Shown here: positions 21,520-29,865 of the stretch, piece by piece
Position numbering within the stretch: position 1 is the stretch's first letter
Layout of the letters: each line of letters starts with the position of its first letter
IMG/VR virus record: IMGVR_UViG_3300042453_004886
Coordinates: 64,001-128,000 of that record
From: a virus
Strand: one strand, 5' to 3'
Length of the DNA stretch: 64,000 bases
The notes under the pieces: model-generated
What the model was told of the DNA's origin: nothing
Databases searched by the model: none
The model's input: the letters and a program-made list of their open reading frames with translations, nothing else
Made by a program: the position numbers and the translations under genes

Positions 21520-21846
21520 TTACCCTCCTCCAAGGCTAGGAGTGATGTTTACCTTCATCTCAGATATGGTCTGTGTTCTTCCGTCGGAAAGAATCAACTC
21601 AAGCTCTGCATCCAGATTTAGCTCTGAAAAATCTGTATCTCCAAGTTGCCAATAAAACTCGCATCGGCCTTCTCTTGGAGATCCAATAACAACGCATGCA
21701 CGCCTTAAAAGAATTTCTCCAGTATCTTTTCTTCCAATTACAAAATTTAAAACTTTATTTGTCAGGTCAAAAGTTGTACCGTTTGCTTTAAGGCTAAAGC
21801 GTATAGTTGGTAGAGTTCTGTACTGTTTTATTTCTATTGTGACCAT
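21520..21846 (-). CDS. BppU-like (upper baseplate N-terminal domain) protein
   Basis: IKQYRTLPTIRFSL..FDLTNKVLNFVI..GRCEFYW..DTD matches the BppU N-terminal pattern. Confidence 0.6.
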   Translation of the reverse strand: MVTIEIKQYRTLPTIRFSLKANGTTFDLTNKVLNFVIGRKDTGEILLRRACVVIGSPREGRCEFYWQLGDTDFSELNLDAELELILSDGRTQTISEMKVNITPSLGGG

Positions 21847-21848
21847 GC

Positions 21849-21980
21849 CTAGTCACCCTCATATATAAATTCTACTGTAACTTCAAAAGTTTCCTGTTGA
21901 ACGGCTACTTCAAGAGGGGCAAGAATTTCCACGCCGTGGATTCTTTTATTGAACCATTTGCCTCGAGTAAACAAGGCCAT
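21849..21980 (-). CDS. 43-aa hypothetical protein (not in the ORF track)
   Basis: ATG at 21980 gives MALFTRGKWFNKRIHGVEILAPLEVAVQQETFEVTVEFIYEGD*, filling the gap between neighbours. Confidence 0.55.
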   Translation of the reverse strand: MALFTRGKWFNKRIHGVEILAPLEVAVQQETFEVTVEFIYEGD

Positions 21981-21984
21981 CAAA

Positions 21985-22464
21985 TCAACCGCCATACTGC
22001 GTCACATCTCCAAATTCATTTAAGGCTATGTCCACGTAGTACTCTTCTTGCAAGTTTTCTGGAGACCAGCTTGTGGCAGAATCTTTTTTTACTGCAAAGT
22101 TAATTCTTGTTGGACCTTCAGGGTCGTTAGGTATTTTCCTGATATTTTTATCTTTTAAGCCCTGAACTTCTCTGGTTGTAAAATCAATTTTATTTATTAC
22201 AGGGGTAAAATCGATGGGAAGTTCGGTGTCCACATAGCTGTGAGTTGTTCTCAAGTTAGCCGATCCGGTGTCCCAGAGAACAATAAAAATACTGTTATCA
22301 GGGAGGGTTAGCTCAGCACCATAGACACCGTTGCCGAGCTCTACAACGCCTTGAGTGGATCTTGCCTGGTACTGTGAACCAGTTTTGGTTTTAATCGTAT
22401 ATCCTACGGTTGTGAGTCCCGTCTGGGATTGGCCGAAGGATGCACTCAGGAACAAGATGGCCAT
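21985..22464 (-). CDS. Hypothetical virion protein
   Basis: 159-aa beta-rich ORF with a GAGGAG RBS. Confidence 0.6.
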   Translation of the reverse strand: MAILFLSASFGQSQTGLTTVGYTIKTKTGSQYQARSTQGVVELGNGVYGAELTLPDNSIFIVLWDTGSANLRTTHSYVDTELPIDFTPVINKIDFTTREVQGLKDKNIRKIPNDPEGPTRINFAVKKDSATSWSPENLQEEYYVDIALNEFGDVTQYGG

Positions 22465-22514
22465 TCATTTCTTCTCCTGATGAAACTTTTTTTATCATAT
22501 AATAAATTTCTAAA

Positions 22515-23045
22515 TTAATAAATGTTTTTTACAAAATCAGATTTACGAAAATCGTGTGGCATCATCTGATAATTCTTAATTTCGGGAAGAAGGACAACAC
22601 CTGCTTCTCTGAAAACCAAATTAATCAAATGACTGAATATCATCTTATTATCAAATTCTAACCCATGTCTGGGAATTTTGTTATTGAATTTTATAAGTGC
22701 AGCTACAGATTCAAAATAATTGTAACCAAGGTCGATATATATTCTTAGTAAGTCAAGCGCTTCTAACTTGACATCAAAGTGATCTACTTCAACTCTCCAG
22801 ACTTGATAAACGTCCGGATTAAACATTTCTCCGGGTGCTAGAAATAAAACTTCTTTTATAGACTCTAACTGTACTTCATAAGTAAAAATACAACCATCTG
22901 CTCTGACACGTGAAACTATTTTGATATCTGGTAAGCTGTGTCCTGTTAAAAAATTAAAAATCTTTTCTCTGTAGTTATGCTTTACTTTTATAAGAATATC
23001 ACCAGGTTCGAACCCATATTTATTTGTAACTGGTTTCAATCCCAT
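22515..23045 (-). CDS. Permuted papain-like (YaeF/YiiX NlpC/P60) fold, probably inactive
   Basis: EPGDILI..., G..Y, MIFSHLINLVFREAGV (in place of YCSELV..AY..AG) and terminal PHDF; catalytic Cys absent. Confidence 0.5.
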   Translation of the reverse strand: MGLKPVTNKYGFEPGDILIKVKHNYREKIFNFLTGHSLPDIKIVSRVRADGCIFTYEVQLESIKEVLFLAPGEMFNPDVYQVWRVEVDHFDVKLEALDLLRIYIDLGYNYFESVAALIKFNNKIPRHGLEFDNKMIFSHLINLVFREAGVVLLPEIKNYQMMPHDFRKSDFVKNIY

Positions 23046-23066
23046 GACTTCATCCTACATAAGAAA

Positions 23067-23092
23067 GGGTGGGCAGGTTGCCCTGCCCACCC
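23067..23092 (-). terminator. Intrinsic terminator
   Basis: GGGTGGGCAGG/CCTGCCCACCC stem followed by TTTCTT on the minus strand. Confidence 0.7.
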
Positions 23093-23113
23093 CGGTTACG
23101 ACCTAGCTAGAGC

Positions 23114-24721
23114 TTAGCCCTGGAAAGGAGCGATCCAAACCATGATCTTCATACCTTCAACAAGATCATTCTTGTTGAGGCTGATGGTGGTGCTGGAAAC
23201 CTCGGTGTAGAAAGCGGGCTCGTCTTCGGCAATACCGTCAACGAACACGAGGATGGCATCGCTGCCCATGACATACTGAGGAATGGTAAGTACCTTATCA
23301 ACGTTGGCGGAAATGTCGCCAGCGGTGATTTCATAGCGGTACTTCTGCATCTTCATGGCATTGCGAGCAGCAGCTTCGTCTTCAATGGCCTGATCAAGAG
23401 CAGCAAGGGCATCTTCAGCGGTAGAACCGGAAGCGATACCGAGTTCAGCAGCGAGAGCGTCAGAGATACCGACGTTGTCGGCACCGGCTACGCTGGCGAT
23501 GAGGTTGATGAAGGAGTCAAGAGCAGCGTCAAGAGCATCGTGATCGTCACGAAGGGTCTTGACAACAGCATCGAGCTCTTCAGCAGCATCCTTGATGGAA
23601 GTGGTGGCATCGAGGTAGTTGCTGCCAGAGAAAGCAGCAAAGGTGCCGTCGGTGTTAAGGCCAACTGCGAGCTCGATAGCATCAACTTCATCCTGGAGAG
23701 CGCCGCTGCCGGCCTCGATGAGGTCAGCGAGGTCGTTAAGGGCCTGAGCAACGTCAGCAGGGTTCTTGGCGCCCCAGCCGAGTTCAGCAGCATCCTTCTC
23801 GAAGGAGATCATAGCAGCAGCGTTGCCATCGGCGTTGTCGATGGTTACGCCAGCCATGAGCATGATGGCGCCAGTGATGTCAGCGCCAGCTTCGAGGGTG
23901 AGCTTACCGGCAACATCGAGGGTTGAGTTGAGGTCAGCAGCACCGGCTACGGTGAGGAGAGCGCCGAAGTTAGCGTCGCCATCAACGTTGAGCTCAGCGT
24001 CGAAATCAACGTTACCGACAACACCGAGGGTTGAACCCATGGTGACAGCGCCGTCAGCGTTGAAGGTACCAGCAACGTCAACGTTGCCGCTGAATTCAGC
24101 AGCGCCAGCGTCAACATCCTTGACCTTGATGTCGAGGAGAGCAGAACCAAGTACATCGCCAGCAAGATAAGAAGCGATGAACTGAGCATTGGTTTCATCC
24201 CAGACGAAACCAGCGTGCTCGCGGTCAGAACCGCTGATAGCACCGCGGTGTACGGAGACACCGGCGAGGCCAGCGGGAACAGGATCGTTAGCGCCAGTGC
24301 CGTGGTTGACGTGGATGAGGCGGTCAGCAACTTCAACAACGGTTGACTCAACAGTGGTGGTAGAACCCTGAACAACAAGGTCGCCCACAACGGTGAGGGT
24401 GCCACCGACGGTAGCAGCGCCAACGGTTTCGAGGGTGTCAGCAGTTACCTTGCCAAGGAACTCGCGGTCGCCAGCGATTTCAGCCTTGAGATCAAGACCG
24501 TTGGCGCCAACCTCGAGAGCATCAGCTGATTCGAGCTTGATACCGAGTGAGTTGCTGAGGATCTCGATACCCTTGTCGGCAGCGAGGTTGAGACGGAAAG
24601 CGCGGGTAGTCTGATCAAGAACGATGGCGCCGTCAGCAGCGACGACGTCATTGTTGAAAAGAGCAGCCTTCACGCTTTGGGCGCGAAGTGACTTATAGGC
24701 AAAAGCCTGATTAAGAGCCAT
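23114..24721 (-). CDS. Fibre-like structural protein
   Basis: 535 aa; short beta repeats (VDVAGTFNADG, LNVDGDANFG, LDVAGKL), acidic coiled coil and a small C-terminal beta domain. Confidence 0.6.
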   Translation of the reverse strand: MALNQAFAYKSLRAQSVKAALFNNDVVAADGAIVLDQTTRAFRLNLAADKGIEILSNSLGIKLESADALEVGANGLDLKAEIAGDREFLGKVTADTLETVGAATVGGTLTVVGDLVVQGSTTTVESTVVEVADRLIHVNHGTGANDPVPAGLAGVSVHRGAISGSDREHAGFVWDETNAQFIASYLAGDVLGSALLDIKVKDVDAGAAEFSGNVDVAGTFNADGAVTMGSTLGVVGNVDFDAELNVDGDANFGALLTVAGAADLNSTLDVAGKLTLEAGADITGAIMLMAGVTIDNADGNAAAMISFEKDAAELGWGAKNPADVAQALNDLADLIEAGSGALQDEVDAIELAVGLNTDGTFAAFSGSNYLDATTSIKDAAEELDAVVKTLRDDHDALDAALDSFINLIASVAGADNVGISDALAAELGIASGSTAEDALAALDQAIEDEAAARNAMKMQKYRYEITAGDISANVDKVLTIPQYVMGSDAILVFVDGIAEDEPAFYTEVSSTTISLNKNDLVEGMKIMVWIAPFQG

Positions 24722-24866
24722 GAGGTTTAACCTCCCTCATATAGAACGTTACTAAACTGAGCATTCACCGTGAATGCTCTCCTATGGATTTTAGCTGGAA
24801 GTAATTCTATTATGAGGCAAATTTTGGTCTAGGTTTTGACAAAAAAATAACACAAGGAACATTATA

Positions 24867-25277
24867 CTATGGAATCAAAGTGTAGTTTGCGGGAAAAGGT
24901 ATGACATAAATTTCGAAAGTTTCTTCACCCTCTGTGGGATCCGTTAATCTTATCGTTGTAGAGTCAATTTCAAGATAAGCTTCCCCTGGAACTTGCTTTA
25001 CTGTATTTGCGTAAAAAACAATACTGTTTGTTCCTGGAGCGTAAGATACACCTTGAGCTGACAGATCAATATCTACCACACCAGCAGGCATACTCTCAAC
25101 GTAAAACCTCTGGGTTTGAACATTTCTCGTCTGCTGAAGTTGATCTTCAAGCGTCACAACACGAGCAGTTAGAGCATTGATAACTTGCTCTAACTGCTCG
25201 TGTGAAAGCTGTCCTACGCCGCCCAGTTGGCTATGGTGATCGGGAATCCAGGGGAAGTTTTGAATCTTTGGCGACAT
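24867..25277 (-). CDS. Small structural protein sharing a C-terminal domain with 23114..24721
   Basis: YAPGTNSIVFYANTVKQVPGEAYLEIDSTTIRL versus YVMGSDAILVFVDGIAEDEPAFYTEVSSTTISL. Confidence 0.55.
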   Translation of the reverse strand: MSPKIQNFPWIPDHHSQLGGVGQLSHEQLEQVINALTARVVTLEDQLQQTRNVQTQRFYVESMPAGVVDIDLSAQGVSYAPGTNSIVFYANTVKQVPGEAYLEIDSTTIRLTDPTEGEETFEIYVIPFPANYTLIP

Positions 25278-25307
25278 TCAGCTTCTCCAGTGAAACAGGT
25301 ACGGTGG

Positions 25308-25571
25308 TTAGTCTGGCTCAGCCTGAGCCTTCTTTTCCAGGTGCTCTTCAATAATAGCACTTCTTTGCTTCAGAGCTTCCTCAAACGCGGGGTGAAGATC
25401 GATACCAATTTTACTGGATATCTGCTCAACCTGAAGCATCAAAGCTTTAAGTTGTTCATTTTGAAGCTCATCAAATTTTGATACAGTTTCTTTTTTTACT
25501 TCTGATATAAGTTTTTTAGATATAAACTTTAAAACACCTGATTTTGTTTTTTCAAAATACTCTTTAGGCAT
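25308..25571 (-). CDS. Hypothetical protein
   Basis: 87 aa; overlaps the upstream gene stop. Confidence 0.55.
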   Translation of the reverse strand: MPKEYFEKTKSGVLKFISKKLISEVKKETVSKFDELQNEQLKALMLQVEQISSKIGIDLHPAFEEALKQRSAIIEEHLEKKAQAEPD

Positions 25572-25992
25572 CTTTAACCTCTATAGTAAACTCTTCCATG
25601 TATATTTTTGCGTTTTCATGCGTAGAAGCTAAAAATACGTTATACCTTCCAGGAATTGAAAAACTAAGCTTTAGCTCTTTAGACAGCTCTACACTCTGCT
25701 TGTTTATGTTTATATTTACAGGCTTTACTTTGCTGTTATTCTTAATTGTAATAACCTCATCAATTTTTGCTGTAAGCTTATCTGGTTTTATGTCTAGAAC
25801 TTCTTTTTCAAGTAAAATTACTTCGTCATTTTCATTCTTTGCAAGATAGAATTTATAGTAGTTGTAAGTGTTTATAACTTTAGACCCTTCATCCAGGTAT
25901 AGATAATTTCCTGAGCGAAAGTTATCATCTGATCGATCTTCAACCTGTGTAATATATCCAGATTCCAAATCACCAAACACTACTGAAATCAT
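25564..25992 (-). CDS. Hypothetical protein
   Basis: 142 aa with a GGAG RBS, in operon context. Confidence 0.6.
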   Translation of the reverse strand: MISVVFGDLESGYITQVEDRSDDNFRSGNYLYLDEGSKVINTYNYYKFYLAKNENDEVILLEKEVLDIKPDKLTAKIDEVITIKNNSKVKPVNININKQSVELSKELKLSFSIPGRYNVFLASTHENAKIYMEEFTIEVKDA

Positions 25993-26005
25993 AAATACTC
26001 CTAAT

Positions 26006-27130
26006 TTATGCCGGTATAAAAGTGTAAAGGTATGAAATTCTTAAGTTCATAGGAACATATGAAGCGCCTGATCCAGAGCTTTGTCCTATAGTAGCACTTT
26101 CAAAAGTTAGTGTAGTTTCACTGCTTGAAGCTAAAACTGCGTACCCGTCACTTTCGTTTCTCTCGGGGGTCCAGTATTGACCAGCTAGCTCCGCTTTTCC
26201 GCCAATAAACAATAAAGAAAGAATAACAAGCTTTTTTCCGCCAGGTGCCGCAGGAAAACTATACGTGTAGTCTGTATCAGTAGTAGGTGTAGCTACCACT
26301 ACACTAGCCCAGTATAAATTATCAAGTCTATCGTAATGATTTTTTAGATTTTGTTCTAGCTTACTATAATCTACAGCGCCGTCTAGAATATTAGTCGCAC
26401 TTATTGTTAGATTATCTAGGTAACCTAATAGTTTACTTGTAGGAATAGATCCATCTCTAATAATGCTACCTTCAATAGTTCCGTCTGGATTAATTAATCT
26501 GCCTACATAACCGTTTGTATTAGATGAGGTCCATATACCAATTCCACCTGCTTGAACTGCTCCTACATAAATAGCTCCACGTTGACTATGATTATTCGTG
26601 TGTGCATTATCTGCGCCCCATCCTCTAATTCCAAGAGCGCTTCCATAAAAAATAGCTTGGTTATCCGGATGTGAAGGCTCAATTTTTACAGTGCCTGAAT
26701 TCGAATTAGCTTCGCTAGCGGTGCCGGGCTGAGTGCCGTCTTTTAGAGGAATAGGCGTAAATGGCTCATAATGGGCAATGTTCCAAACTAGCTCATCGTC
26801 TTTAATTCTTGAAATAGATCCTTTTGTGGTTGTATCTAACTTCAACCAGTGATTTTCACTACTGACTACCTTAAAAAGAGCTTCTGCATTTAAATTTGGA
26901 TTTGGTTCATTTCCGTTTGCTACTGGAATGTACGCACTATTAAGATTTACACCCTCGCCTCGGGCGTGAAGACCGTCAACCATATCTGCATTGAAATAGC
27001 CAAGAGGAGCTGTTCCATTCGCATCCGGACCGTTATTTAATGAGGAGTTGTGTCCCTGGCCGATACCGTGGACTCGGTTTTTACCTGTAATTTTCTTCTG
27101 GATGTGGTTAATAAACTGCAGAAAGTCCAC
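26006..27130 (-). CDS. Tail-fibre-like protein
   Basis: FNADMVDGLHA and DGSIPTSKL / DGAVDYSKL motifs typical of phage fibre shafts. Confidence 0.55.
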   Translation of the reverse strand: MDFLQFINHIQKKITGKNRVHGIGQGHNSSLNNGPDANGTAPLGYFNADMVDGLHARGEGVNLNSAYIPVANGNEPNPNLNAEALFKVVSSENHWLKLDTTTKGSISRIKDDELVWNIAHYEPFTPIPLKDGTQPGTASEANSNSGTVKIEPSHPDNQAIFYGSALGIRGWGADNAHTNNHSQRGAIYVGAVQAGGIGIWTSSNTNGYVGRLINPDGTIEGSIIRDGSIPTSKLLGYLDNLTISATNILDGAVDYSKLEQNLKNHYDRLDNLYWASVVVATPTTDTDYTYSFPAAPGGKKLVILSLLFIGGKAELAGQYWTPERNESDGYAVLASSSETTLTFESATIGQSSGSGASYVPMNLRISYLYTFIPA

Positions 27131-27133
27131 GGT

Positions 27134-28840
27134 TTACTCCTTTACTGGCGGCTTAGGCGTAGCCTGATTTTGCTGAGGACCCGGCGCAGGGTTTGCAGCA
27201 CCCGGCTGAATGCCCTTGGCAATAGAAGCCATGTTTTCCCGATGACGATAGCGAGCTTCTGAGTTTTTCATATTAAAATCCTGGGAAGCTTTTTCACTAT
27301 CCATTTTTTGCTTATCTTTGAGCATCTTTGCTTTGGTAGCCAAATCTTGTTTCTTGACTTCCAGATCACGATCTTTTTGACTGACAGACTCTACGCTAGC
27401 TTTTGCTCTGACCATGGCAGCGTCTGCCTTGATCTTGTCGTTATCAACCTTCTTGACAGGAGCCATAAGGATCTTCTTTTGGTCTTCCTGACTGAGGATG
27501 GGCTTGAGCGTCTTGGAGGGCAAGCCAAACATCTCTCGAACTTCGTTGAGATCCTGCTCGTCTGCAGGGTTGAGGTAACCATTTTTGACCAGCTTATCAA
27601 ACACACTTGCCAGAACCGTACTGGTGGCTGGGTCAAAGGGCTCAATGATAAACTCGCCGGGATCTGTATTGTCAAAGTTCAAGCGAATCATCTGACCGAT
27701 GACCTGTTCACAGAACGGCTCCACGATTTCTTTTGCAAGTGCTTGAATCATGAGCTTGAAAACATTCCAGTGAGTCTGACCAGGATTGCTTAGTCCAGCT
27801 GAGCCTTCTTCTAGTAGAAGCTGCGGAATAAGTAATCCCCTGAATATTGCTCTGTTGTAATAATTAATTGCATCCAAGAATACTGTACCAAAATTGTTTC
27901 CAGTTGTCAGAGTATCAATCTTGATATCGTCTTGCATCGAAGGACGCTGGAAAACAAGAGCAGTTCCTCGATGCATCTCTGCCAGAGCTGCTTCAGCGGC
28001 CTCTCTGATGGTCATATTGCGTAGTTTTCCAGTTGTATGGTCATGGACACTATCTGGAGTTACACCGGCTGGAACGACCGCGTAGGTGATTGGAGTGCCG
28101 TACCTGTCGAGAGCAACGTTATACATCTCAAGAACGATATCCTTGAGGGTCCAGTTCTTGTAGATCTTCTGAATAGCAGAGGTGCCCGTGTACATGCCTG
28201 AACGCTTGTTATGTACGGTCAAACAAAGCTTGGACTTGGGCAGATGGTTGTAAGTAGCTCCATCTACCCCAATCTGCCAGATACCGCAGTGGGTGATTCC
28301 AGCAGGAGGCGTGTAATAAGGATTATCCAGAGGAGCTTTGTCAATCAATCTTCCGTGAACATTGGGGACAATCAAAATAGACGCAGGGTGGTAGTTAATG
28401 ATTTCATCAATTTGAATCTTGCCTTCTACAAGCTTCCAGAGAACCTCTGAAACGCTGTAACCAAAGATGAGGCTGGATTCCGTGAGTTCACCAATGGCGT
28501 ACTCAACAGTCCCTTCCATTTCATCAATGGCTTTTCTGACAAAAGTTTGAATCTGAGCATCGGGGTGCCGGTATTCCCTGACGGAGGCGATCAGGGAGAG
28601 TTTCATGAACTCGATACCGGCACCCACGGTCTCATCTGTCTTGGCTGCCCGCTCATACTCAATCAGACGACTGAAGTTGGCGGGAGCCATGTACTGAGTA
28701 AGCATTCCCGGGCCACGAGAAAGCGTACTCCCTATCTGGCGTGCGCTGCCGCGAGGAAGGCGATCACGCTCTAATTCAGCACTGGCTGTTTCAGCTGCAG
28801 CTTGTACTGGATTTGCAGTTTCTCGCCTTCTTCTGGCCAT
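27134..28840 (-). CDS. Portal protein (Mu gp29 / DUF935-like)
   Basis: 568 aa; GFSVSE-like GYSVSEVLW, LDRYGTPI, QMIRLNF and REMFGLP portal patterns. Confidence 0.85.
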   Translation of the reverse strand: MARRRRETANPVQAAAETASAELERDRLPRGSARQIGSTLSRGPGMLTQYMAPANFSRLIEYERAAKTDETVGAGIEFMKLSLIASVREYRHPDAQIQTFVRKAIDEMEGTVEYAIGELTESSLIFGYSVSEVLWKLVEGKIQIDEIINYHPASILIVPNVHGRLIDKAPLDNPYYTPPAGITHCGIWQIGVDGATYNHLPKSKLCLTVHNKRSGMYTGTSAIQKIYKNWTLKDIVLEMYNVALDRYGTPITYAVVPAGVTPDSVHDHTTGKLRNMTIREAAEAALAEMHRGTALVFQRPSMQDDIKIDTLTTGNNFGTVFLDAINYYNRAIFRGLLIPQLLLEEGSAGLSNPGQTHWNVFKLMIQALAKEIVEPFCEQVIGQMIRLNFDNTDPGEFIIEPFDPATSTVLASVFDKLVKNGYLNPADEQDLNEVREMFGLPSKTLKPILSQEDQKKILMAPVKKVDNDKIKADAAMVRAKASVESVSQKDRDLEVKKQDLATKAKMLKDKQKMDSEKASQDFNMKNSEARYRHRENMASIAKGIQPGAANPAPGPQQNQATPKPPVKE

Positions 28841-28866
28841 TTTTACCTCTTGGTTAGGCAGGGCAT

Positions 28867-29711
28867 CTATCTATTAAATCTACCATCAAAGTCGCCACGC
28901 ATGAATGCTAAAGACTCTGCTGCTTTTTGTTCTCTTTCTGACAGAGCAGAGAGGGACTCTGCCCAGGCTTCTGCTTCTGTATCTGACATGGCGTAGAACT
29001 CTGATGGCTGAATGTTTCCATACCTGGCTAGCTGAGCGCCAATGTCTAGGTTCAGGAAACGGCGATACTGCTGCCGAACAGCTTTTTTGAGAGCTGCTGG
29101 ACCTGCTGCATCTCAGGCTTACCAAGGAAGAACATCTCAAGGAATAGTGCTTGATAAAACTGACCATCCTTGAGGGTAAGCATGTCTGACCGCTTGCTCC
29201 AAGAGAAGTTTGAAAGATCCTGCTTGTCAACCTTTTCAAGGCACTGGTAAGCAAGAGCTTCTTCAAGCTTACCGCGCTTTGATAGCTCTTCGCCGTCAAA
29301 GCCTTCAAGAAGCGCACGACGATCCGAGTTACGGGGCTCGCGGAAAATAACCTTACGCCCACTGAGAAGCTCTACAGGCTTGATGCCGGACTCAAGAAGA
29401 GTCTTTGCAAGCTTCTCTGCCTGAGCGTACTCATCCTTGTTGATAGTGTTGGCTTGAATGAAAAGTTGCTCATAGAACTGACCATCCTTGTAGCTCAGGA
29501 GATCAGCCTTCTTCTGCCAAGTAAGCTGGGCAAGATCAGATTCGCCATCTTTTACCAAGCAGGTGTAAGCAAGTGCTTCTTCCATGCGGCCTGGCTTGCT
29601 CAGCTCTTCACCGCCAAAACCTTCCTGAAGAAGGCGACGGTCTGAGTTTCCTGCTTCTCTAAAAACAATCATCCTACCGCTAGGTAGTTCTACTGGAGCG
29701 CTGAGATTCAT
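28867..29711 (-). CDS. Tail assembly chaperone GT (-1 frameshift product, about 281 aa)
   Basis: A AAA AAG at 29088-29082; the -1 frame stays open for 71 codons (AVRQQYRRFLNLDIGAQLARYGNIQPSEFYAMSDTEAEAWAESL...FNR*) to TAG at 28867. Confidence 0.75.
29052..29711 (-). CDS. Tail assembly chaperone G (two internal repeats)
   Basis: PVELPSGRMIVFREAGNSDRRLL / PVELLSGRKVIFREPRNSDRRALL; slippery heptamer near the 3' end. Confidence 0.75.
   Translation of the reverse strand: MNLSAPVELPSGRMIVFREAGNSDRRLLQEGFGGEELSKPGRMEEALAYTCLVKDGESDLAQLTWQKKADLLSYKDGQFYEQLFIQANTINKDEYAQAEKLAKTLLESGIKPVELLSGRKVIFREPRNSDRRALLEGFDGEELSKRGKLEEALAYQCLEKVDKQDLSNFSWSKRSDMLTLKDGQFYQALFLEMFFLGKPEMQQVQQLSKKLFGSSIAVS
29082..29088 (-). 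promoter_or_regulatory. -1 ribosomal frameshift slippery site
   Basis: Minus strand TCA AAA AAG is an X XXY YYZ heptamer in the correct phase. Confidence 0.75.
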
Positions 29712-29865
29712 GAGATTCCTCCTGTTTTTACTTGGTGTCTAGAAAAATATAGCACCTAATTTATTCTAGTTAAGTATTTTAGAAAAGTCTAGTAGAAAAT
29801 AGAAGATTTAAAAAATAATTGTTGTAAAATGTTTTTATAGATAATTCTACAAAACCGAGGTAAAG

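Noticed and set aside
17364-24651. Alternative-frame ORFs inside the capsid, scaffold and fibre genes.
   Set aside because: Ser/Leu/Pro-rich by-products of biased codon use, without independent starts.
28870-28900. The frameshifted chaperone tail ends MRGDFDGRFNR, echoing RGDFDGE of RNAP-like protein 2.
   Set aside because: There is no upstream RxP motif or barrel context and the third acid is missing; a short coincidental match.
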